Assembly (NCBI GenBank): GCA_034667685.1
Contig: JAXDQU010000034.1
Coordinates: 31,022-95,021, forward strand
Source: Thermoplasmata archaeon
GTDB lineage: Archaea > Thermoplasmatota > SW-10-69-26 > JACQPN01 > JAJPHT01
Reading direction: 5' to 3'
DNA length: 64,000 nucleotides
Shown here: in pieces, positions 38,089 to 46,346 of the stretch
Layout of the letters: every line of letters begins with the position of its first letter
Numbering within the stretch: position 1 is the first letter of the stretch
Translations under genes and position numbers: made by a program
The notes under the pieces: model-generated
What the model was told of the DNA's origin: nothing
The model's input: only the letters and a program-made list of their open reading frames with translations
Database searches by the model: none

Positions 38089-39684
38089 TCAAGGCTGCGG
38101 CGGCTTCGTGTTCCCCGCGTACGTGCGGCTCTGCTCGCGCAGGAACTGCGTGAGGTACCAGGGTCCGCCCGCGCCGCGGTCGGTGGTGGCGCTGAACTTC
38201 CAGCCGCCGAACGACTGGCCGCCGACCATCGCGCCGGTGCTCGTGCCGCGGTCGCGGTTGGCGTAGACGACGCCCGCCTCGATGCGGTCGAAGAACCACT
38301 GCACCTCGTTGGCGTCGTTGGAGACCACGCCGAACGTCAGGCCATAGTCGGCCGCGTTGACCTCGCGCACGACCTGCTCGTTGTCGTGGAACTTGCCCAC
38401 GGCCACGAAGGGCACGAAGTACTCCTGGCGGAACGCCTCGTGGTCGAGCGGCAATCCCGTGACGATCGTGGGCTGCACGAAGTTGCCCTTGGCGAACGCG
38501 CCCTCCTTGATGACGTGGCCGCCCACGAGGAGCTTGCCGCCCGCTTTCGTCGCGGCGGCGACCGCGGCCTCGAACGTCTCGACGGCGCCCTTGTTGATGA
38601 CGGGGCCGAGGTCGGCCTCCTTCTTCCAGGGCATCTCGACGCGCAGGGCGCGCGCCTTCTCGCCGAGCTTCGCGAGGAACGCGTCGTGGATCGACTCGTG
38701 CACGTACACGCGGCTCGTGGCGCTGCACTTCTGGCCCCCGAATCCGAACGCGCTCTTGACGACGCCCGTCGCGGCCTTGTCGAGGTCCGCGTTCTTCGTG
38801 ACGACGGTGGCGTTCTTGCCGCCCATCTCGGCGATGTAGGGGCGCGGGCGCCGGCCGACGAACGACGGGTAGTTGCGCATGCCCACGTCGCGGCTCCCGG
38901 TGAAGACGAGACCGCCCACGTCCGGATGGTCGATGAGCGGCTGGCCCACCTCGCGCCCGCCGCCCGTGACCAGCGAGAGCGCGTCCTTGGGCACGCCCGC
39001 CTCGTGGAGGATGCGGACCAGCTCGTAGCTCGTCCAGGGCGTGTCGGACGCGGGCTTGAGCACGACGGCGTTGCCGGTGATCAGCGCGCCGGTCGTCATG
39101 CCGGTGGGGATGGCGACGGGGAAGTTGAACGGGCCGACGACGGCGAAGACGCCCCAGGGGCGCATGACGGACACGCACGTCTCGTCGGGGAACGGCTTCC
39201 CCATCGGGACCACGTACCCCTTGTGCTCGCGCATCTGCCACGCGTAGTAATGGAGGAAGTCGATGGCCTCGTCCACGTCGTAGTACGCCTCGACGCGGTT
39301 CTTGCCGTTCTCCACGCACATGAGCGCCGCGAGCATCGGGCGCTCGCGGACCATGATCTGCGCCGCGCGGTCGAAGATCGCCGCGCGCTTCTCCCAGCCC
39401 AGCGCCTCCCAGGCGGGCTGCGCGGCCTTCGCGGCCTTCACGGCGGCATCGACGTCGGCGGCCGTGCCCTTCGGGAAGCGCGCGAGGGCCTCGCCCGTCG
39501 AAGGGTCCAGGTCGTCGAACGTCGCCGCGTGCCGCACCTCCTTGCCCGCGACGAGCATCGGAAGCGCCTCGCCCGCGCGCTTCCGGAGCTGCGCGACGGC
39601 CTCCTCGAACTCGCGGTCCAGCTCCGCGCCCTTGCCCGCCTGCGCCACGCGGAAAACGGTGTTCTGGTTCTCGAACCCGGCCAT
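38089..39684 (-). CDS. Aldehyde dehydrogenase (P5C dehydrogenase-like)
   Basis: PFNFP, FTGS, EMGGKN, GQKCSA, YGLT, SFGGWK. Confidence 0.92.
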   Translation of the reverse strand: MAGFENQNTVFRVAQAGKGAELDREFEEAVAQLRKRAGEALPMLVAGKEVRHAATFDDLDPSTGEALARFPKGTAADVDAAVKAAKAAQPAWEALGWEKRAAIFDRAAQIMVRERPMLAALMCVENGKNRVEAYYDVDEAIDFLHYYAWQMREHKGYVVPMGKPFPDETCVSVMRPWGVFAVVGPFNFPVAIPTGMTTGALITGNAVVLKPASDTPWTSYELVRILHEAGVPKDALSLVTGGGREVGQPLIDHPDVGGLVFTGSRDVGMRNYPSFVGRRPRPYIAEMGGKNATVVTKNADLDKAATGVVKSAFGFGGQKCSATSRVYVHESIHDAFLAKLGEKARALRVEMPWKKEADLGPVINKGAVETFEAAVAAATKAGGKLLVGGHVIKEGAFAKGNFVQPTIVTGLPLDHEAFRQEYFVPFVAVGKFHDNEQVVREVNAADYGLTFGVVSNDANEVQWFFDRIEAGVVYANRDRGTSTGAMVGGQSFGGWKFSATTDRGAGGPWYLTQFLREQSRTYAGNTKPPQP

Positions 39685-39737
39685 GCGCGTCCATTCGGCG
39701 CCTCTCCATAAAGGGTTCCTCCTGCCTGGCGCCACCG

Positions 39738-39817
39738 CCCGAGCCCGATTCCGATTCCTCTTCCGAGCCCGGCGGGCGCAAGCAGGGCTCGGAAGAGGAA
39801 TCGGAATCGGGCTCGGG
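39738..39817. repeat. Palindromic tandem-repeat element (6-mer TTCCGA family)
   Basis: 33-bp perfect inverted repeat at 39738-39770/39785-39817. Confidence 0.93.
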
Positions 39818-39850
39818 TTTGGCCGCGAGGCCTGCGCGCGATTCGGCGAG

Positions 39851-39857
39851 TATATAG
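39851..39857 (+). promoter_or_regulatory. TATA box of the NTPase gene
   Basis: TATATAG about 30-36 nt upstream of the ATG at 39887. Confidence 0.55.
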
Positions 39858-39886
39858 CGGCAGGCCTCCGTCTCCGGGCCTGATAT

Positions 39887-40435
39887 ATGGTGAAGGAGCT
39901 GAAGATCGGCATCACCGGTCTGCCCAGCGTCGGCAAGACGAGGACCCTTCTCAAGATCGTCGAGAAGCTCGAAGAGAAGGAGGTCATCGTCGGCGGCATG
40001 GTCACCGAGTCCATCGACGAAGGGACCAACCGCCTCGGATTCAAGATCATCAACTGGCTGACCAAGGAAGAGGGCATCCTTGCGCACGTCGACTTCACCG
40101 ACAGCAAGGTCAAGGTCAGCGGCTTCGGCGTCGACATGAACATCCTCGACGGCCTCGGCGTCACCGCCATCGAGCAGGCCATCCGCGAGGCCGAGGTCAT
40201 CGTGATCGACGAGGTGGGCAAGATGGAGATGGAGAGCCCCGCGTTCTGCGACGCGGTCAAGAAGGCGCTCGACTCCAGCAAGCCCATGATCATGACGCTC
40301 CACAAGAAGTCGCGGAATCCGTTGCTCCAGGACATCCGGCGCCGCGACGACATCCGCATCCTGGAAGTCACCAAGATCAACCGGAACCTGCTTCCGTACA
40401 AGATCGAGAAGCTGCTCGAAGGCGAAAACATCTGA
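39887..40435 (+). CDS. THEP1-family nucleoside-triphosphatase
   Basis: ITGLPSVGKT, VIDEVGKME, TKINRN. Confidence 0.93.
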   Translation: MVKELKIGITGLPSVGKTRTLLKIVEKLEEKEVIVGGMVTESIDEGTNRLGFKIINWLTKEEGILAHVDFTDSKVKVSGFGVDMNILDGLGVTAIEQAIREAEVIVIDEVGKMEMESPAFCDAVKKALDSSKPMIMTLHKKSRNPLLQDIRRRDDIRILEVTKINRNLLPYKIEKLLEGENI

Positions 40436-40552
40436 CAAACTCGCGCTTCGCGCTCGTTTGTCAGCCGCAACCGACGTGGCCCCTCCGGGGCCACCGCAGA
40501 CCTCGGCTCGCTGCGCTCGCCGAGGTCGAGCGACACCCCGCCTTCGGCGGGG
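40432..40552. repeat. Cluster of four stem-loops (REP-like)
   Basis: ctgacaaac/gtttgtcag, gtggcccc/ggggccac, gacctcggc/gccgaggtc, ccccgcc/ggcgggg. Confidence 0.8.
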
Positions 40553-40579
40553 ATCCCTCCATCCTGATGGCCGCTCCCT

Positions 40580-40786
40580 TTACTCGGTGCAGTAGATTGG
40601 GACCTTCGGGTCGACCTTCTGCACGATGCTGCCGACGATGAAGCAGGCGTTGGTGCAGCCGCCGTCGGGGTAGTCGATCTCGCAGTTGGCGCTGGCGGTG
40701 CCCACGGGTCCGAGGGCCGCGGGGGCGAGCGTGATGGCGAGGCTGGCGAGGACGATCAGCGTGACGAGGTGCATGCGCGTGGGCAT
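40580..40786 (-). CDS. Small secreted Cys-containing peptide (4 Cys)
   Basis: Signal peptide ending GTASA; NCEIDYPDGGCTNAC...YCTE. Confidence 0.72.
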   Translation of the reverse strand: MPTRMHLVTLIVLASLAITLAPAALGPVGTASANCEIDYPDGGCTNACFIVGSIVQKVDPKVPIYCTE

Positions 40787-40837
40787 CCGCGCGTGGTCGC
40801 TTGAGCGGCGCGCGGGCGCAGCAGGTGGGGTGCGTGG

Positions 40838-41167
40838 CTATCGCGCGAGGGCCGCGTCGTGCGCGCGCTTCACCCACGCGGCGAGCGTGCGCGCGGACAT
40901 GTCCTCGGGCACGATGACCCAGCTTGGCATCGCGCGCGTGCCGGTCTTCGTCTTCTGGCGCCACGTCTTGCCGCCCGCGGCGAGGAGCGCCTCTCGCTCG
41001 GCCTCGTCCGTGAGCTTGAGCAGGAGCTTCCCGCCGTCCCAGACGCCGGCGAACATCGCGCCGTTCTCCGCGAGGAGGCCGGTGCCGCCGAACATGCGCT
41101 TCGACGTCGGCTTCAGACGGACCGAGGCTTTCTCGAGGCGCGCGAGCGACGGGTCAGGTTTCGTCAC
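40838..41167 (-). CDS. TfoX/Sxy N-terminal-domain protein
   Basis: KRMFGGTGL, MFA, MPSWVIVP, LAAWV. Confidence 0.85.
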   Translation of the reverse strand: MTKPDPSLARLEKASVRLKPTSKRMFGGTGLLAENGAMFAGVWDGGKLLLKLTDEAEREALLAAGGKTWRQKTKTGTRAMPSWVIVPEDMSARTLAAWVKRAHDAALAR

Positions 41168-41180
41168 ACGCTGCCATCGA

Positions 41181-41306
41181 ATCCCGGAGGGATCAGGGTT
41201 CGCGCAGCGAACCCTGGTCGCTCCGCCTCCGAGCGAAGCGAGGAGGCGTGCGGTGGGGCGAAGCCCCACGTCGCGAAGGCAAGACTCGCTGCGCTCGTCT
41301 TGCCTT
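41181..41306. repeat. Cluster of five stem-loops (REP-like)
   Basis: atccc/gggat, cagggttcgc/gcgaaccctg, cgcctcc/ggaggcg, gtggggc/gccccac, aaggcaagac/gtcttgcctt. Confidence 0.8.
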
Positions 41307-42969
41307 AGTAGAGCGCTGGCTCGCGGTACTCGCCGTACACCTTGACCATCGCCTCGCGGATCTCGCCAAGCGTCGCGTAGGTGTGCGCGGCGTCGATGAG
41401 GCGCGGCATGAGGTTGCCCTCGGGCTTCTCGCACGCGACCTGGAGCGCGTGGAGCGCGTCGTCGACCTTCCTCTGGTCGCGGCGGCGCTTGACGTCCGCG
41501 AGGCGCTGGAGCTGGCGCCTTTCGGACTCCTCGCTGATCTTCAGGAGCGGCGGGACGTCCCCGCCTTCGGTGACGTAGTCGTTGACGCCCACGATGATGC
41601 GCTCCTTCTTCTCGATCTCCTTGACGTAGCGATAGCTGGAGTCCGCGATCTGCATCTGGAACCAGCCCTCCTCGATGCCGGCGACGACGCCGCCGATCCT
41701 CTCGATCTGGTCGAAATACTTGTTCGCGGCCTCTTCCATCTCGTTGGTGAGCTGCTCGACGTAGTAGCTGCCGCCCAGCGGGTCGATGGTGTTGGCGACG
41801 CCGCTCTCGTGGGCGAGGATCTGCTGGGTGCGCAGCGCGATGCGGACGGCCTTCTCGGTGGGGAGCGCGAGCGCCTCGTCGAAGCTGTTGGTGTGCAGCG
41901 ATTGCGTGCCGCCCAGGACGGCGGCGAGCGCCTGGATGGTGGTGCGCACGATGTTGTTCTCGGGCTGCTGCGCGGTGCAGCTCACGCCCGCGGTCTGCGT
42001 GTGGAAGCGCAGGAGCCACGAGCGCGGGTTCTTGCACCCGATTTCATCGCGCATGAACTTGGCCCAGATCCGCCGCGCGGCGCGGAACTTGGCGATCTCC
42101 TCGAAGAAGTCGTTGTGGCTGTTGAAGAAGAAGCTGAGGCGCGGCGCGAAGTCGTCCGGGTCGAGGCCGCGCGCCTTCGCCATGCGCACGTACGTCATGC
42201 CGTTGGCGAGCGTGAACGCCAACTCCTGCTGCGCGGTGCTGCCCGCCTCGCGGATGTGGTAGCCGCTGATGCTGATCGTGTTCCAGTTGGGGACCTTCTC
42301 CGAGCCGAACTCGAACGTGTCCAGCACGAGCCGAAGGCTGGGCGCCGGCGGGAAGATGAACATCTTCTGCGCCTGGTACTCCTTCAGGATATCATTCTGC
42401 GTGGTGCCCGCGAGCTTGTCCAGCGGGAAGCCGCGGTTCTCGGCCGCCGCGAGGTACATCGCCCAGATGATCGGCGCGGGGCCGTTGATCGTCATGCTGA
42501 CGCTGACCTGGTCGAGCGGGATGCCCGCGAAGAGCGTCTCCATGTCGGCCGTCGTGTCGATGGCGACGCCGACCTTGCCGACCTCGCCCTTGCTCCACGC
42601 GTGGTCCGAGTCGAAGCCCTGCAGCGTGCAGAAGTCGAACGCCGTCGAGAGGCCCGTCTGCCCCTGCGAGAGCAGGAACTTGAAGCGCTCGTTCGTCTCC
42701 TCCGCCGTGCCGAAGCCCGCGAACTGGCGCATCGTCCAGAGCCGGCCGCGGTACATGGTGGGCTGCACGCCGCGCGTGAAGGGGAACTCGCCCGGGTAGC
42801 CCAGGTCGCGGTCGTGATCGAACCCCTCCAGGTTCCACGGGCCGTAGAGGCGCTCGACCGGCTTGGAGGAGGTCGTGACGAACTCCTTCCTCCGCTCGGG
42901 CGCCTTCTCCAGCGTCTTGCGCAGGGTGGTCTCTTCCCAGCGCTTCTTCGCGGCCTTGGGGTCCGTCAT
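41305..42969 (-). CDS. B12-dependent acyl-CoA mutase large subunit (isobutyryl-CoA mutase-like)
   Basis: [35 protein letters not shown]; no cobalamin-binding domain. Confidence 0.93.
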   Translation of the reverse strand: MTDPKAAKKRWEETTLRKTLEKAPERRKEFVTTSSKPVERLYGPWNLEGFDHDRDLGYPGEFPFTRGVQPTMYRGRLWTMRQFAGFGTAEETNERFKFLLSQGQTGLSTAFDFCTLQGFDSDHAWSKGEVGKVGVAIDTTADMETLFAGIPLDQVSVSMTINGPAPIIWAMYLAAAENRGFPLDKLAGTTQNDILKEYQAQKMFIFPPAPSLRLVLDTFEFGSEKVPNWNTISISGYHIREAGSTAQQELAFTLANGMTYVRMAKARGLDPDDFAPRLSFFFNSHNDFFEEIAKFRAARRIWAKFMRDEIGCKNPRSWLLRFHTQTAGVSCTAQQPENNIVRTTIQALAAVLGGTQSLHTNSFDEALALPTEKAVRIALRTQQILAHESGVANTIDPLGGSYYVEQLTNEMEEAANKYFDQIERIGGVVAGIEEGWFQMQIADSSYRYVKEIEKKERIIVGVNDYVTEGGDVPPLLKISEESERRQLQRLADVKRRRDQRKVDDALHALQVACEKPEGNLMPRLIDAAHTYATLGEIREAMVKVYGEYREPALY

Positions 42970-43015
42970 CGGAAAGCCAGACTGGGGGCGCGCCAAAAAG
43001 GCTTCGGCCTGCGGA

Positions 43016-43447
43016 TCACGCGAAGCCCGCAGCGGCGTGTTGCTGCGCGCTGGCGCGGTTGATGAGCTGGACGCCCGTGACGATGCCCCAGACCCACATG
43101 CCCACGACCAGCGGGAGGCCCACGACGATGCCGACGATCGTGACGATCAGGACGACGCCCAGGAGCGTGAGAAAGCCCTGCGCCCAGCCGATCATCTCGC
43201 CCGCGACGAGGGAGCCGAGCCCCGGCCAGACGAGGACGTTGAGCACGAGCCCGGCGACGGCCATGCCCACGGAGACGGGCCGTTCGGCCGGCGCGACGTG
43301 GACGTGCACCTGCGTGGGCGGCGCGACCCAGGCGGGCGGCGAGAGCGTGGCGCCCTGCGGGCCCGAGGCGACCACCGGGCGGCCACACGTCGCGCAGAAG
43401 CTGGAGCCGGCGGCGAGGTTGGCGCCGCACGACGAGCAGAAGGGCAT
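43016..43447 (-). CDS. Zinc-ribbon membrane protein
   Basis: [20 protein letters not shown]-terminal TMs. Confidence 0.8.
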   Translation of the reverse strand: MPFCSSCGANLAAGSSFCATCGRPVVASGPQGATLSPPAWVAPPTQVHVHVAPAERPVSVGMAVAGLVLNVLVWPGLGSLVAGEMIGWAQGFLTLLGVVLIVTIVGIVVGLPLVVGMWVWGIVTGVQLINRASAQQHAAAGFA

Positions 43448-43543
43448 GCGCCCCGCCACGGAGGCCGCGTAACATGAACCTGCTTGCGGGGTCTGTTCCA
43501 TGACCGGCAACCTTTCAAGCCGCGCGGCCCGATCCGGAGCGCG

Positions 43544-43621
43544 ATGGCCCTGCTGTTGGTCGGCTCGCGCCGAACCTCTCTGTCGTTCGATGTTCGGCGC
43601 GCCGACGAGGAGGTCGCCTGA
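43544..43621 (+). pseudogene. 25-codon ORF, probable internally deleted remnant of a tandem USP paralogue
   Basis: MALLLVGSRRTSLSFDVRRADEEVA; first 7 aa match the downstream USP; TGATG coupling. Confidence 0.5.
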
Positions 43622-44058
43622 TGGCCCTCCTCCTCGTCGGCTATGACGGCTCGCCTCCGTCGCGCCGCGCGTTCGAGCGCGCCCTGGCGCGCGGGAAGGG
43701 GATGCACGACGCGATCCTCGTCGTGAGCGTCCTCCCGCCCGGCGTCCGCGAGTCGTCGCTCTCGCGCATGATGCCCGCGGGCATCGCGCTTCCCGAGACG
43801 CTCAACGGCACGTTCGAGCAGCACACGCGCGAGCGCTTGGAGGAGGTCCTTGCCACGGCGAAGGCGGCGGGCGTCCAGGCGCGCGGCGAGGTGCGCACCG
43901 GCTCGCCCGTGGAGTGCCTGCTCGCGGCGGCGCGCGAGGCGAAGGCCGACGAGATCATCCTGGGCGCCAAGTCCTACGAGGGCCCCGACAAGGAGGTCGG
44001 GCCCAACGCGGAGCAGATCGCGAGCCGCGCACAGATCCCCGTGACGCTCGTCCCTTGA
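43621..44058 (+). CDS. Universal stress protein (UspA family)
   Basis: LLVGYDGSPPS, ADEIILG, IPVTLVP. Confidence 0.9.
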   Translation: MALLLVGYDGSPPSRRAFERALARGKGMHDAILVVSVLPPGVRESSLSRMMPAGIALPETLNGTFEQHTRERLEEVLATAKAAGVQARGEVRTGSPVECLLAAAREAKADEIILGAKSYEGPDKEVGPNAEQIASRAQIPVTLVP

Positions 44059-44071
44059 TGCCGTGGGTTCA

Positions 44072-44158
44072 CCTCCAGCCACAGAGGGACACAGAGGCCA
44101 CAGAGGTCGCCCTTCTTTGCGTTCCTCTGTGGCCTCTGTGTCCCTCTGTGGCCGGAGG
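44072..44158. repeat. Palindromic tandem-repeat element (CACAGAGG family)
   Basis: gccacagagggacacagaggccacagagg ... cctctgtggcctctgtgtccctctgtggc. Confidence 0.93.
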
Positions 44159-44205
44159 GGTGGGCGTGGCATACCCTTTTTCCGCCTTGCGCCGCTGCGC
44201 GGCGC

Positions 44206-46200
44206 ATGGATGAGGTGCGGACGATCGCGGTCCTCGGCGCGGGCGACATGGGGCATGGCATCGCGGAGCTGGCGGCGATGCGCGGCTTCGAGGTGCGCCT
44301 GCGCGACATTAGCGAGGACGTGCTGGCGCGCGCCCGCGACGCCATCGCGGCGAGCCTCGACAAGCTCGTGGCGAAGGGCCGCCTGACGCGCGAGGCCGCC
44401 GACGCCGCGCGGGGCCGCATCCGGACGACGACGGACCTGACGGAGGCGGTGGGGAGCGCGGACCTCGTGATCGAGGCGGTTCCCGAGAAGCTCGACCTCA
44501 AGCAGCGCGTCTTCGTCGAGGCGGAGGCCGCCGCCGCGCCGCGCGCCCTGCTCGCGACGAACACGAGCGCCATGCGCATCCGCGAGATCGGCAGCGGCCT
44601 GCCCGACCCCGCGCGCCTGGTGGGCATGCACTTCTTCAACCCGGTCCTGCTGATGGACCTCGTCGAGATCATCCCCTCGCCCGCGGCGCGCCCGGAGGCC
44701 CTCGCGACGGCGGAGGCGGTGGCCGCGAAGCTGGGCAAGACGGCCGTGACGCTGCGCGCCGACACGCCCGGCTTCGTCACGAGCCGGCTGATCTCGGTCT
44801 GGGTGGGCGCGGCCGTGCTCGCGCAGGAGGCGAAGATCGCGGACAAGGAGAGCATCGACGCCGCGATGCGCTTCCGCGCGGGCTTCCCGATGGGGCCCTT
44901 CGAGCTCGCCGACTACACGGGCCTCGACGTGGGGCTCCACGCGAGCGACTACATGGCGGATCGGCTCGGCGAGGCGTACCGGCCCGGCGCGTCGATGCGC
45001 GCGCTCGTGGAGAAGGGCGACCTGGGCAAGAAGACCGGCCGGGGCTTCTACGCGTGGAAGGATGGAAAGGCGCAGGTCCGGCTGGACGCGGAGCAGGCGA
45101 AGGCGTTCGACCCGACGCTCGTGCTCGCGCTCGTGGCGAACGAGGCGGCCAAGCTCGTCGAGCAGGGCGTCGCCACGGCCGCGGACGTCGACCTCGCGTG
45201 CCGCCAGGGGCTCGCGTTCCCCAAGGGGCCGCTCGAATGGGCCGACGAGGTCGGCGTCGACGCGGTGGTGAAGGCGCTCTACACCCTGCAGGAGCGCACG
45301 GGCCATCCGCTCGCGGAGCCCTACGAGCTTCTCCTGGAGATGGTCGAGGAGGGGCGCACCGGCAAGCAGGCCGGGCGCGGCTTCCACGACTACGCTCCCG
45401 CCCAGGGCAAGCGCGAGCGCGAGACGCTCGTGGTCACGGTCGACGCCGCGAGCCGGGTCGGCACGATCACGCTCGACCGTCCGCACCGCCTGCACGCGAT
45501 CAACGCCGACCTCATCCGCGAGATGGAGGACGCGATCCGCGAGCTGGATCGCGACGAGCGCGTGCGCGTCATCCTCGTGACGGGCAGCGGCGAGAAGGCG
45601 TTCTGCGCGGGCGCGGACCTCTCCGAGGCCACGGGCGTCACGCCCAGCGCCGCGACGGAGACGATCCGGCGCGCGCACCGCATGTGCATCGAGATCGAGA
45701 AGTGCGCCAAGCCCGTCGTCGCGGCGGTCAACGGCCTGGCGCTGGGCGGCGGCTTCGAGCTGGCGCTCGCCTGCGACCTGCGCGTGGCGGCGCGGGGCGC
45801 GACGTTCGGCCTGCCCGAGGTCACGCTGGGCCTCCTCCCCGCGATGGGCGGCACGCAGCGCCTCCCCAAGCTCGTCGGCCTCGCGCGCGCCAAGGAGATC
45901 GCGCTCCTGGGCAAGCGCTTCGACGCGCAGCAGGCGCTCGCGTGGGGCCTCGTGACCGCCGTGTACGACAACGACCGGTTCAAGCTGGAGGCGCACGCCT
46001 TCGCCGCCGAGCTCGCCACGCGCGCCCCCCTCGCGCTCAAGGCGACGAAGCAGCTGCTCAACGCCTCCGCGACGACCGACATCCACGCCGGCATGGAGCT
46101 GGAGGCCATGGCCTTCGGCGTGCTCGTGTCCACGGACGACGTGCTCGAAGGCGTGTCCGCGATGTTCGCCAAGCGGAAGCCGGAGTTCCAGGGCAAGTAG
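44206..46200 (+). CDS. 3-hydroxyacyl-CoA dehydrogenase/enoyl-CoA hydratase fusion (archaeal domain order)
   Basis: GAGDMGHGIA, EAVPE, GMHFFNP; C-terminal AFCAGADL, GGGFELALACD, GLPE. Confidence 0.94.
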   Translation: MDEVRTIAVLGAGDMGHGIAELAAMRGFEVRLRDISEDVLARARDAIAASLDKLVAKGRLTREAADAARGRIRTTTDLTEAVGSADLVIEAVPEKLDLKQRVFVEAEAAAAPRALLATNTSAMRIREIGSGLPDPARLVGMHFFNPVLLMDLVEIIPSPAARPEALATAEAVAAKLGKTAVTLRADTPGFVTSRLISVWVGAAVLAQEAKIADKESIDAAMRFRAGFPMGPFELADYTGLDVGLHASDYMADRLGEAYRPGASMRALVEKGDLGKKTGRGFYAWKDGKAQVRLDAEQAKAFDPTLVLALVANEAAKLVEQGVATAADVDLACRQGLAFPKGPLEWADEVGVDAVVKALYTLQERTGHPLAEPYELLLEMVEEGRTGKQAGRGFHDYAPAQGKRERETLVVTVDAASRVGTITLDRPHRLHAINADLIREMEDAIRELDRDERVRVILVTGSGEKAFCAGADLSEATGVTPSAATETIRRAHRMCIEIEKCAKPVVAAVNGLALGGGFELALACDLRVAARGATFGLPEVTLGLLPAMGGTQRLPKLVGLARAKEIALLGKRFDAQQALAWGLVTAVYDNDRFKLEAHAFAAELATRAPLALKATKQLLNASATTDIHAGMELEAMAFGVLVSTDDVLEGVSAMFAKRKPEFQGK

Positions 46201-46213
46201 CTCTTCGTGGCGA

Positions 46214-46278
46214 TCCCTTCCCAACACCGCGCATCCAAGGCATCCGCGGATTCCGGGATTCTCGGTGTTGGGAAGGGA
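46214..46278. mobile_element. MITE/REP-like element, copy 1
   Basis: TIR TCCCTTCCCAACACCG...CGGTGTTGGGAAGGGA; near-identical reversed copies at 48064 and 57026. Confidence 0.8.
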
Positions 46279-46346
46279 GCGCCGGCAAACAGCAGCGGGC
46301 CGGGCCCGAGCAACCCTTAAGGATCGATGCCCCGTCGCGCGCCACG

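Noticed and set aside
40432-40552. Stem-loop cluster as a tRNA or ribozyme
   Set aside because: The stems are serial rather than nested, with no T-loop/anticodon architecture or hammerhead core in the right context.
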